A stretch of DNA of 24,000 bases from Candidatus Methylacidithermus pantelleriae (GTDB lineage: Bacteria; Verrucomicrobiota; Verrucomicrobiia; Methylacidiphilales; Methylacidiphilaceae). Location: NCBI RefSeq assembly GCF_905250085.1, contig NZ_CAJNOB010000001.1, forward strand, positions 104,624 through 128,623, in the 5' to 3' direction. The position numbers and the translations under genes were made by a program. The notes below the pieces were generated by a model that did not search any database, was not told where the DNA came from, and saw only the letters and a list, made by a program, of their open reading frames with translations. Of this stretch, positions 1-7,885 are shown piece by piece. Position 1 is the first letter of the stretch, and every line of letters begins with the position of its first letter.

Positions 1-751
<751 letters not shown>

Positions 752-773
752 CCTCTTGAGCGGTTCGATTGCC

Positions 774-1520
774 ATGGTGCTGGGTCGCTTTGCCTGCCAC
801 CGCAACGCTGGGAAAAAACGAGTCGTTTTTTTTCTTTTGGCCTTTGCAAGCTGGCTAGCACTTTTTCCCGCCCCGGCCGTCGCCCGGGAGGAATGGATCA
901 TCGTGAGCGGGGGACCGGCTTTGCGTTTCTTTGAAAAGAATAAGCCACAAAAGGAGAGTCACGATCACTTCTGGGGAAACTTTATCCGAGCGGCCGTCGC
1001 GCGAATCCAACAGCTCCAGGCACAAAAACCCGAGGATGTGGAAATAAGCTGGCTGGTATTCCGCCCGGGGTATGAGCGCCGGGGTGAGGAAGAACACTTG
1101 GATCTTTTGCAAGCGATCCTCTACCAAGCCAAATCTCTTGGGGTGAATCTTTACTGGTTCGACAATGCCCTGCAGCTGGTTAACTACCTCAATCATGGGA
1201 GGGACCGGCGCCAGGTTCCCGTTGGGGATTTTGAGTACTTCGGCCATTCCAACCGGGCTTGCTTTATGTTCGATTACTCTTCGCTCTTTGATACCCTCTC
1301 CAAGGAATTTCTGCACGAGCGAGATCTTCCTCTCATTGACAAGCATGTCTTTGCTCGACACGCCCAAGCCAAAAGCTGGGGGTGTCACACAGGGGAGGAA
1401 TTTAGCCGGCAGTGGAAGCGCCGCTTCGGTTTTCCGATGGTGGGAGCGGTGGGAAAAACCGATTACTCGACGGGGGCTCTCCCCTCGCTTTCGACTCAAA
1501 ACGGGCGATGGGCCGAATGA
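774..1520 (+). CDS. Exported hypothetical protein (248 aa), function unknown
   Basis: I chose the internal ATG at 774 of ORF 666..1520 because it gives a classical signal peptide (MVLGRFACHRNAGKKRVVFFLLAFASWLALFPAPAVA|REEW). The amino-acid composition looks coding, with no low complexity. I recognise no family. Notable local motifs are FEYFGHSNRACFMFDY and SWGCHTGEEF. Confidence 0.6.
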   Translation: MVLGRFACHRNAGKKRVVFFLLAFASWLALFPAPAVAREEWIIVSGGPALRFFEKNKPQKESHDHFWGNFIRAAVARIQQLQAQKPEDVEISWLVFRPGYERRGEEEHLDLLQAILYQAKSLGVNLYWFDNALQLVNYLNHGRDRRQVPVGDFEYFGHSNRACFMFDYSSLFDTLSKEFLHERDLPLIDKHVFARHAQAKSWGCHTGEEFSRQWKRRFGFPMVGAVGKTDYSTGALPSLSTQNGRWAE

Positions 1521-1987
1521 GAACTTGGGTAGCCGTTTGCGGACTCTTTTTTGCCGTAGCGGCCGGTTGGACCTTTGCCGAGACTTCTCCCTCGTCCGTT
1601 CCGAAAGCGACGGCAGTCTCTCCCCTCCAGGGAGAGGAGTTTATCGGGCACCGGTTTTGTGAGAAGGATGGTTATGGCTGGGGATGGGTGAAACGACCCG
1701 GCCAAAGCTGGGATCAGGCGGTTTGGGTGGCCCTTTTTGAGCAGCCTGGTCGGCTTGTGGCCCCTCATCGCAAACTGGGGCGAAGAGACGCCGATCAAGA
1801 TTGGGAATACCGGATGCGAGGATATTTTGCGGATTTTCAGGTCTATGACCCGCGACGGGATGAACTCTTAGATGTGTTTGTGCCCCAATCGATCGAACCG
1901 ATCGGCAAAGCCCCGCCCTTAAACAGGCCTCCCGGCCCTCCCTCGAGACGGAAAGGCCGCACCGCATCTAGGCCATTTTCGCGCTAG
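1517..1987 (+). CDS. Exported hypothetical protein (156 aa), function unknown
   Basis: The ATG at 1517 overlaps the upstream TGA (ATGA, 1517-1520), which suggests translational coupling. An alternative ATG lies at 1508. Signal peptide MRTWVAVCGLFFAVAAGWTFA|ETS. The Trp/Gly-rich core (GYGWGWVKRPGQSWDQAVWV) and basic Pro-rich tail match no family I recognise. Confidence 0.5.
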   Translation: MRTWVAVCGLFFAVAAGWTFAETSPSSVPKATAVSPLQGEEFIGHRFCEKDGYGWGWVKRPGQSWDQAVWVALFEQPGRLVAPHRKLGRRDADQDWEYRMRGYFADFQVYDPRRDELLDVFVPQSIEPIGKAPPLNRPPGPPSRRKGRTASRPFSR

Positions 1988-2018
1988 GATTGGACAGGTC
2001 CGACCCGTTCGTAGCAGG

Positions 2019-2510
2019 CTACTTTTGTTTCCAGGTCCCGTCAGGCAACTGGATCCACTCGCCGGGGAAAGCCCGCTCCCTCCATCGCTGCGCATATTCC
2101 TCTTGGATCACTTCTAATGCTCGGGACTGTGTCTTGGCGTTGGCCAGATAGAGCTCAAGACGGTCTCGGTTCTCTTCCTCGACGATTTTCTTTGCATAGG
2201 CGGCATAGGCGGGATCTTTGGGAGGCTGTACGATGGAAAGGAACCCGTCACGGTTCTCTCCGATGACCCGAGCGTTTTTGAGCTGTTGAACCTCCCCCAT
2301 TCGCATCCTCCTTCGTTCCGCAACCGTTTCTACCGGTTTGGGTGCTACGAGCTTGGGCGTTTTGACTTCCACATCCATTCTAATGTGGATGCGCACCGGT
2401 TCCGGGGTTACAACCTTGACCGTGGGGGAGCAACCCCAAGAAAGCACAAGGAGCGGGACTCCTTGGAGGATACCCCATTTGAGAGATCTTTTCACTGGGT
2501 TTGTTCCCAT
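2019..2510 (-). CDS. Fused YnbE-like lipoprotein / YdbL (DUF1318) protein
   Basis: I chose the ATG at 2510 (MGTNPVKRSLKWGILQGVPLLVLSWGC), which gives a lipoprotein-type signal ending in Cys. CSPTVKVVTPEPVRIHIRMDVEV resembles E. coli YnbE (GCTPRIEVAAPKEPITINMNVKIEHEI). The C-terminal half RRRMRMGEVQQLKNARVIGENRDGFLSIV...EENRDRLELY...FPGEWIQLPDGTWKQK fits the DUF1318/YdbL pattern (RMkaRlpqi.alK..GavGEnnrGyL ... aEN.DR..vY ... pGewvq...G.W.kK). It overlaps the upstream ydbH-like stop by 19 nt. Confidence 0.75.
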   Translation of the reverse strand: MGTNPVKRSLKWGILQGVPLLVLSWGCSPTVKVVTPEPVRIHIRMDVEVKTPKLVAPKPVETVAERRRMRMGEVQQLKNARVIGENRDGFLSIVQPPKDPAYAAYAKKIVEEENRDRLELYLANAKTQSRALEVIQEEYAQRWRERAFPGEWIQLPDGTWKQK

Positions 2511-4168
2511 TCCCGGAGCCAGGTCCAGCTTCCTTTTGTTTCCTCTTGGATCCAATGGAGGAAGACCCCCCGGTACCCACGCCGGTGGCTCCAAAACTCC
2601 ATGCGGGCATGGGTTTCCGGAACCCCGTATTGGACAAGGAACTCAGCACGGTCAAAAGGATAGGAGGCAAGGGAGTCCAACACCCATTGGGCAAGCTTGG
2701 TTTGCACGGGGTTCCCATGGGCAGGAATTCGCCGGGAAAACCTCTCGATCCCCCTTACCCGCACAGTACCGCCTCGCGGTAAGGATAGCCCGAGCTCGGT
2801 TTTTTGGATCTCAAGCCCGCGGGCCTGCACCAGAAGTTTTCCGTTTGCCCTGCCTTCCAGCCCCACGACCTGGGAAGGAACCCCAAGAGCCTTACAGAAA
2901 GACCCAGCTTCAAGCTGCGACAAGCTGAGCCAGCCCAGCCATGGATAGCCGTGAGCAAAAGAAATGGCAAAGCCGCCCTTGACGTATCCCTTGCAGGCTT
3001 TGCCTCCCGTCTCCCCATAGATTCCCTTGGGATCAAACGTAAAGGTCACCCACCCGTCAGTTACTTCCACGCCCTTCCACCTAGCCCGAGGAACCCGCAC
3101 GACCTGAACGACGTTGTGGACCCCAGGTTTGCCAGGCGGAAGGGAAAAGCCGACCGATCCACCGGCCAGCCAAAGGTGGATTCCGTAGTTGGGATAGTCC
3201 AATTCACCAGGAAGAATAACGAACTGGCCACGGACAGAGATATCTTCCAGCTGGTTGAGCGCAACTTCCTTCGAATCCGACTCAAAGGTAAACGGTAGAG
3301 CAAGCTGGGGAGCTCCAAAGGCGCTGACGACGAAACGTCCCGCACGGATGCGGAGCCTATCAATCGTCCAGGAGCTTCCTCTCCCAGCTGCCTGGCCTTT
3401 CTTGGCCTCCTCAAAAAACCAAAAAAGATCTGGACCGAGAAAAACCGTAGGCCCCAGCACTTCAACCTCTTCGATTCGTCCCCTAGCCAATCCTCCCCAG
3501 GAAAAACGAAACCGGACATTCTCGACCGATGCGATCGGGCTTAATGGATCCCAAGGCGAGTCAAGCACAAGCCTACCTGTTTCTACCCATTGGAGCCCCA
3601 GTCCTCCGGAAACCAGCGCACCCAAAGGTACCTCTTGAATCACCATGGTCTCCGAACGGCCCATAGCTACAGTCAAAGTTCCCAGGGGGGAAAGGAGACC
3701 CTGCCACTGGAGAACCCCCTGATCAATCCGTAGTTGCCCGATGACCCAGGAGGAACCAAGATCCGCCGGGTGGTGTTGGCCGGGTCGAGAGGGAAAAAGC
3801 GCGGCCAAGGCCTGGGGCCGAATGACCAGATGGTCCGCCTCCACCAGAGCGATCCTTTTTCGGCGCAGAAGTTCCCAAAGATTCCAACGGATCCGCAGGT
3901 GGCGTGTCGTAAGCGCGTTCCCAAGGGAGAGATCTTCCAGTAGCCAGCCACCCACTCCTTCCCAGGAAGCGTGTCGGATCCTAAGGGGAATGCCTTTTTG
4001 GGCACAGGCAAGCTCGATCCATTGGCCGAGCCGTTCGCGCACAACAAGATCGATCCCAAGGAAGGCTAAAATCCAAAGGGCTGGGAAAAGCCATGCAACC
4101 AGCCAGCATTGCCAAAGCCTAGCTCCATGACCTTTTTTTCTCCGAGCCTCCTTCCGGCTTCCTTCCAT
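2492..4168 (-). CDS. ydbH: YdbH-like AsmA-family membrane protein (putative intermembrane lipid-transfer bridge), 558 aa
   Basis: ATG at 4168. N-terminal anchor (LWQCWLVAWLFPALWILAFLGIDLVV) followed by a long beta-rich body. The C-terminus (GGTVRVRGIERF...NPVQTKLAQWVLDSLASYPFDRAEFLVQYGVPETHARMEFWS) resembles the DctA-YdbH domain pattern (GG.i.y...n....al.aL.nf.Y..L...v.Y...G...l.l.l.G). Synteny with the ynbE/ydbL-like gene immediately downstream supports the call. It is shorter than E. coli YdbH (~880 aa). Confidence 0.65.
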   Translation of the reverse strand: MEGSRKEARRKKGHGARLWQCWLVAWLFPALWILAFLGIDLVVRERLGQWIELACAQKGIPLRIRHASWEGVGGWLLEDLSLGNALTTRHLRIRWNLWELLRRKRIALVEADHLVIRPQALAALFPSRPGQHHPADLGSSWVIGQLRIDQGVLQWQGLLSPLGTLTVAMGRSETMVIQEVPLGALVSGGLGLQWVETGRLVLDSPWDPLSPIASVENVRFRFSWGGLARGRIEEVEVLGPTVFLGPDLFWFFEEAKKGQAAGRGSSWTIDRLRIRAGRFVVSAFGAPQLALPFTFESDSKEVALNQLEDISVRGQFVILPGELDYPNYGIHLWLAGGSVGFSLPPGKPGVHNVVQVVRVPRARWKGVEVTDGWVTFTFDPKGIYGETGGKACKGYVKGGFAISFAHGYPWLGWLSLSQLEAGSFCKALGVPSQVVGLEGRANGKLLVQARGLEIQKTELGLSLPRGGTVRVRGIERFSRRIPAHGNPVQTKLAQWVLDSLASYPFDRAEFLVQYGVPETHARMEFWSHRRGYRGVFLHWIQEETKGSWTWLREWEQTQ

Positions 4169-4192
4169 AAGCTACCGCCAAACCGCCAGGAC

Positions 4193-4981
4193 TTACACCC
4201 ATGCACGCGTGAAACACGAGACCCCCTCCGGGAGGAGCCCCGTGGACACCTTCCGAGCCAGATAAATCCCATCGGCTACCGGCAAAAGCACTCCTTCGAC
4301 GCGTCGGTCCTGGGCCAACTTTCGGTTGAGCTCATGGATCACCGCCGTTGCCGGATCCGACGACGGGGATTCCGCCACCTTCCCCTCACGCAGCATGTTG
4401 TCAAAGGCGATAAGCCCTCCGGGTCGTAGCCGGGGTAAAAGCTCCTCATAGTAGAGCTCGTAGTTCTCCTTGTCCGCATCAACAAAGGCAAAATCAAAAA
4501 GAGGGGCTCGGGGCAAGGCCCTCAAAGTTTCGAGCGCCGGTCCCAGTTTGAGTTCAATCCTTTCGGACAGCCCAAGTCTTTCCCAGTAACGAACGGCGAT
4601 TTGTGTCCATCGAGGCTCGATATCGCAAGAAAAAAGTTTGCCCCCCGGCGGAAGCGACCGGGCAATGGCAATGGCCGAAAGCCCAGTGAACGTCCCTAAC
4701 TCGATGGCCAATTTGGCTCCCATAAGGGAGACCAATAGGGAAAGAAGGCTTGCTTCCTCCCTGGGTATGGCCATGTTGGAAACCGGACCCAAGGCCAAGG
4801 TTTCCGCGCGCAATTCCTCTACGATCGGATCGGACCGAGCCTGGCAAAGATCCTGAAGGTACCCGTAGATGGTTTGGTTGAGTGGTACGAAGCGAAGGCT
4901 CACTGGTTCCAATAGAAAACCGTAGCTTGCGCGTTTTAGCAAACCCAAGCTAAGCTCCCCAAACGAGCGTTCCACCGGCAC
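4193..4981 (-). CDS. Class I SAM-dependent O-methyltransferase (family 3, caffeoyl-CoA OMT-like)
   Basis: MAIPREEASLLSLLVSLMGAKLAIELGTFTGLSAIAIARSLPPGGKLFSCDIEP...FDFAFVDADKENYELYYEELLPRLRPGGLIAFDNML shows the typical motif I (xElGtftGyS), the DADK metal/substrate motif and the GG(l/v)IxxDN motif. The ORF start at 4981 is GTG. Homologues usually start ~40 codons later, so the true start may be internal (for example the V of VSLRF). Confidence 0.85.
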   Translation of the reverse strand: MPVERSFGELSLGLLKRASYGFLLEPVSLRFVPLNQTIYGYLQDLCQARSDPIVEELRAETLALGPVSNMAIPREEASLLSLLVSLMGAKLAIELGTFTGLSAIAIARSLPPGGKLFSCDIEPRWTQIAVRYWERLGLSERIELKLGPALETLRALPRAPLFDFAFVDADKENYELYYEELLPRLRPGGLIAFDNMLREGKVAESPSSDPATAVIHELNRKLAQDRRVEGVLLPVADGIYLARKVSTGLLPEGVSCFTRAWV

Positions 4982-4987
4982 GCTTGT

Positions 4988-5662
4988 CTAAACGGCCGGC
5001 TGGGCAAAATGAAGGCATCGTTCGGCCATTTGGTTCAAAGAGACGCGCACAGTCCGAAATCCCTCGGCGAGCAAAAGGAAGACTTCCTTCAGCCGTTTCC
5101 GCGACGCAAGGGGATCCATTGCAGCACTACGGTAGTAGGCCTGCCCCACGGCCTCATAGAAGTCCATCCCCGGAGCGCCGTGATGGCGGGCCTCTACGTT
5201 CTGGGGAAAAATTCCCGTCAGGAAAAGCGTGTAGTCTGCAAGGAAATGCCGGAGTTCAAAGGAAGCTTCCCCGGGCTCGCCGGCTTTTTCCATAACTTTG
5301 ACCAGGTTCACAAAGCTTTTTCGACCCCCAGCCCACCCCGGGTGGCGCATCCGGTCCTGGCGAAGGAAAGCCGCAAGCACAGCCGCCACGTAGTCACACA
5401 GGTTGCGGTCATCCATCCCGTTCCGTAAAAGCGCCCTTCGCGTGAGCACGTAAAAGTAAAAGGGAGCCGACACCTTGCACAAAGCCGGCTCGTCCAAAAG
5501 CGCCTGGTAGATGGGTTCTAGATCCAAAAGCTCTTCCCATCCTTCCGGATCCTCGAGGAGCCGTTCCAGCGCCCGGGCACTCCGAGCCGTCTTACTCAAT
5601 CGGCTCACGACAAACTGGGCATCCCGCCGCGTGAACTGGCTTCGACACAAGACCACCGCCAT
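4988..5662 (-). CDS. Hypothetical protein (224 aa), first gene of the OMT/ydbH operon
   Basis: ATG at 5662. The stop lies 6 nt before the OMT start. The composition is clearly protein-like and predicted helical (…FYFYVLTRRALL…LCDYVAAVLAAFL…FLADYTLFLTGIFPQNVEARHHGAPGMDFYEAVGQAYYRSAA…). I recognise no family. Confidence 0.6.
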   Translation of the reverse strand: MAVVLCRSQFTRRDAQFVVSRLSKTARSARALERLLEDPEGWEELLDLEPIYQALLDEPALCKVSAPFYFYVLTRRALLRNGMDDRNLCDYVAAVLAAFLRQDRMRHPGWAGGRKSFVNLVKVMEKAGEPGEASFELRHFLADYTLFLTGIFPQNVEARHHGAPGMDFYEAVGQAYYRSAAMDPLASRKRLKEVFLLLAEGFRTVRVSLNQMAERCLHFAQPAV

Positions 5663-5740
5663 AGTGACGGTTGTTAACGAACAGCTTTCATGCCAGAATG
5701 CAAGGCCGGAAGTAGGTCGACGTGAGGACTCTCAAGACCC

Positions 5741-6268
5741 ATGGACTCCGAGGAATTTCTCGACATCGTTGACCCGGAGGACCGAGTCATTGGCTCGGCC
5801 CCGCGCCACGAGGTGCACGCTCGGGGGCTGTGTCACCGGGCCTCCCATGTGCTCCTCTACAACGCGCGGTGGGAAATTTTGCTCCAAAGGCGATCCCTAA
5901 GAAAGGAGTTTGATCCCGGGCGGTGGGACTCCTCGGCCAGCGGGCATGTGGTTGCGGGCGAAGATTACCTCACGGCTGCGGTTCGCGAAGTGCTGGAAGA
6001 GCTGGGCGTTTCGATCCCGCCGGACCGGTTACGCTGGATCGGTAAACTCTCCCCGACCGGCAAAACGGCTCACGAATTTGTAGCCATTTTCCTGGGTCCG
6101 ATCGACCATCCCCTTCACCCCAGCCGACGTGAAATCCTCCAAACCGGCTATTTTTCCCTTTCCTGGATTGATCAATGGACACGGCAACGTCCGGAAGATT
6201 TCGCCCCCGCTTTTCTGGCCGTATGGGAGGCGTGCCGGGATGGGATGATCGAGAATCTGGCGCGCTAA
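5741..6268 (+). CDS. NUDIX hydrolase
   Basis: ATG at 5741. Nudix box GHVVAGEDYLTAAVREVLEELGV (GX5EX7REUXEEXGU). The N-terminal layout (LDIVDxxDxxIG…HxxGLxHRAxHVLL…LLQRRSxxKxxxPGxWDxSxxGH) resembles the IDI-like/YfcD-like Nudix subgroup. It lacks the catalytic Cys context of a true IPP isomerase. Confidence 0.85.
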   Translation: MDSEEFLDIVDPEDRVIGSAPRHEVHARGLCHRASHVLLYNARWEILLQRRSLRKEFDPGRWDSSASGHVVAGEDYLTAAVREVLEELGVSIPPDRLRWIGKLSPTGKTAHEFVAIFLGPIDHPLHPSRREILQTGYFSLSWIDQWTRQRPEDFAPAFLAVWEACRDGMIENLAR

Positions 6269-6326
6269 CAAAAGAAACCTTGGGTAGGAAAAAAAGCGCT
6301 CACCAAAAACATGCTTTTGCTCTCCT

Positions 6327-7562
6327 CTACCTACGCCGCGCTCTGACATAGTGGTACCCCCAGACACGACTTGCCAGTGCCGCCCCCAAAAGACCAACAA
6401 TGCCAATCCAATAGGTCGCAACTGGGAAAATTTTCCCTTCCAATCTCAGGGCCACCACACTCAGAAGCGTGGGAAGGAGTCCTATCCCGATCCATACAAG
6501 AAGCGCTCCAAAAAGGGGAATATAGGGAAAGATCCGTGCACCCGCCCCTACCGCCAAAAGAAGGAACCCAAAGAGGGCCCACCGGGGAGTGGGAACCAGA
6601 AAGTCCCCCTCCATCAATTGAAGGGCACCCCGCAGCTGAATTTCTACGGGGCTTGCTTTTCCCCTGGGCGTTTGGAGATACCGCGCTACTGCCGGGTCGG
6701 TAAGCCCGATCCAGACTTGACGCCCCTCTAGCTCTCGCAGCTCCTCCGGCACGGCCCCCCCGTGGATGAGCTCATTCATGCCAACGAGGAAGCTCCCATA
6801 GGAGACGCGAGCCAAGGGCCTTTTCCAGGAGGAAAACCGCAGTCGCAGCCGTCCTTCTGCATCGATCGGGATTTTTCGCACAATCCTCCCCTCATGGTCT
6901 CGCAGAAGGACGATTTGCCCCACCGGGTCTAGTTCGCAACGGGAAAGGTCGGCTCCCAGTTGGATCCCCGCTGCCACAAGCGCTAGGGAAGCATGGAGAC
7001 TTCTGCCGACCCGAAAGACAAGGGGCAGGCCGCGGACGGTCCCTTGAGCTTCCGGTTCAAGATTGGAAATCCCCACCCAGCTCCCCTCGGGAAGCCCTAC
7101 GGGGGGTTCCCACACCGATTGGTACCGGGGAAACCGGTCGGGCAGCGGGTTGAGGAGCCGGAGGGAAACCAGCCGGGGACCCGGACGCGCTCCCCCCTCT
7201 TGAGAAAGGAGCGCTGCTCCAGAGAGAGCCACATGGGGAAAGCGGCCCAAGACGGCCCGGAATGTATCGTCAAACGCCGCAAAGGATGCCTCCTTCTGGT
7301 ATAACAAAGGTTCCACCACCACGCTTTTCGGGCGCACCCGGGCCAGTTCCCGCAAAACAACGGCAAATTCCAGCCGGGGCCATGGCCAGGGACGATCCGT
7401 CGGGATTTCATTGATTTCCACCAGAGCCACCGGAGGGGCTGAGGGAGGCAGGGGCCGCCAGCTTTCCCAGCGGTCCGCAAACCAAGAGTCCAGCGGCTCG
7501 GTAAGACCAAGCACATAGAAAACCCCTACCACTGCCGTCCAAAGAAGGCCTAGGAAACCCAT
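6327..7562 (-). CDS. CHASE2 domain-containing membrane protein without a recognisable output domain (411 aa)
   Basis: I chose the ATG at 7562 (MGFLGLLWTAVVGVFYVLGL = N-terminal TM). DSWFADRWESWR…VALVEINEIPTDRPWPWPRLEFAVVLRELARVRPKSVVVEPLL fits the CHASE2 N-terminal signature (D.rfr.r....d.ivivaIDe.sl...g.WPWpR..hA.li..L...gak.igfDi.f). The protein ends after three C-terminal TM helices (LFGFLLLAVGAGARIF / LFGALLVWIGIGLLPTLLSVVAL / VATYWIGIVGLLGAALASRVW). Confidence 0.7.
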   Translation of the reverse strand: MGFLGLLWTAVVGVFYVLGLTEPLDSWFADRWESWRPLPPSAPPVALVEINEIPTDRPWPWPRLEFAVVLRELARVRPKSVVVEPLLYQKEASFAAFDDTFRAVLGRFPHVALSGAALLSQEGGARPGPRLVSLRLLNPLPDRFPRYQSVWEPPVGLPEGSWVGISNLEPEAQGTVRGLPLVFRVGRSLHASLALVAAGIQLGADLSRCELDPVGQIVLLRDHEGRIVRKIPIDAEGRLRLRFSSWKRPLARVSYGSFLVGMNELIHGGAVPEELRELEGRQVWIGLTDPAVARYLQTPRGKASPVEIQLRGALQLMEGDFLVPTPRWALFGFLLLAVGAGARIFPYIPLFGALLVWIGIGLLPTLLSVVALRLEGKIFPVATYWIGIVGLLGAALASRVWGYHYVRARRR

Positions 7563-7885
7563 GGTCACCGCTTCCTGCCAAGGCTCCCGGAGAGGCCGTT
7601 GCGGAAAGCGGCCGACAAGGCGAGCCACCGAGGGAAAGCCGGATATCCTTGGGGTCACGACCTTTTTCTCACTCGAGTTTTGGGCAGCCGTTTCCGGCGG
7701 GCACGGGCCCCTTTTCTTTTCTTCTGTCGTCCGGTGGCCCCCGTGACCGGGCCAAACAACGTTTTTCGCTCGAGGCGCCAGAGCCCTTGCCGTTCCCCGC
7801 AAAGGCTCGCGAGCCGGGCGAGCCCGCGCAACGCGTGGCCCATCAATCTCCGAGCCAACTGGCACAAAAGCCGAAATAGGTCCTC

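Noticed and set aside
855-1662. ORFs 855..1499 (-) and 1165..1662 (+) overlapping the exported-protein gene
   Set aside because: The 774..1520 frame has the signal peptide, sensible composition and coupling to the next gene. The alternatives are Arg/Pro/Ser-rich shadows.
6269-6326. Hairpin between the convergent NUDIX and CHASE2 genes (AAAAGC…GCTTTT)
   Set aside because: The stem is 6 bp and A/T-rich, the loop is 15 nt, and there is no proper U-tract on either strand. It is too weak to call.
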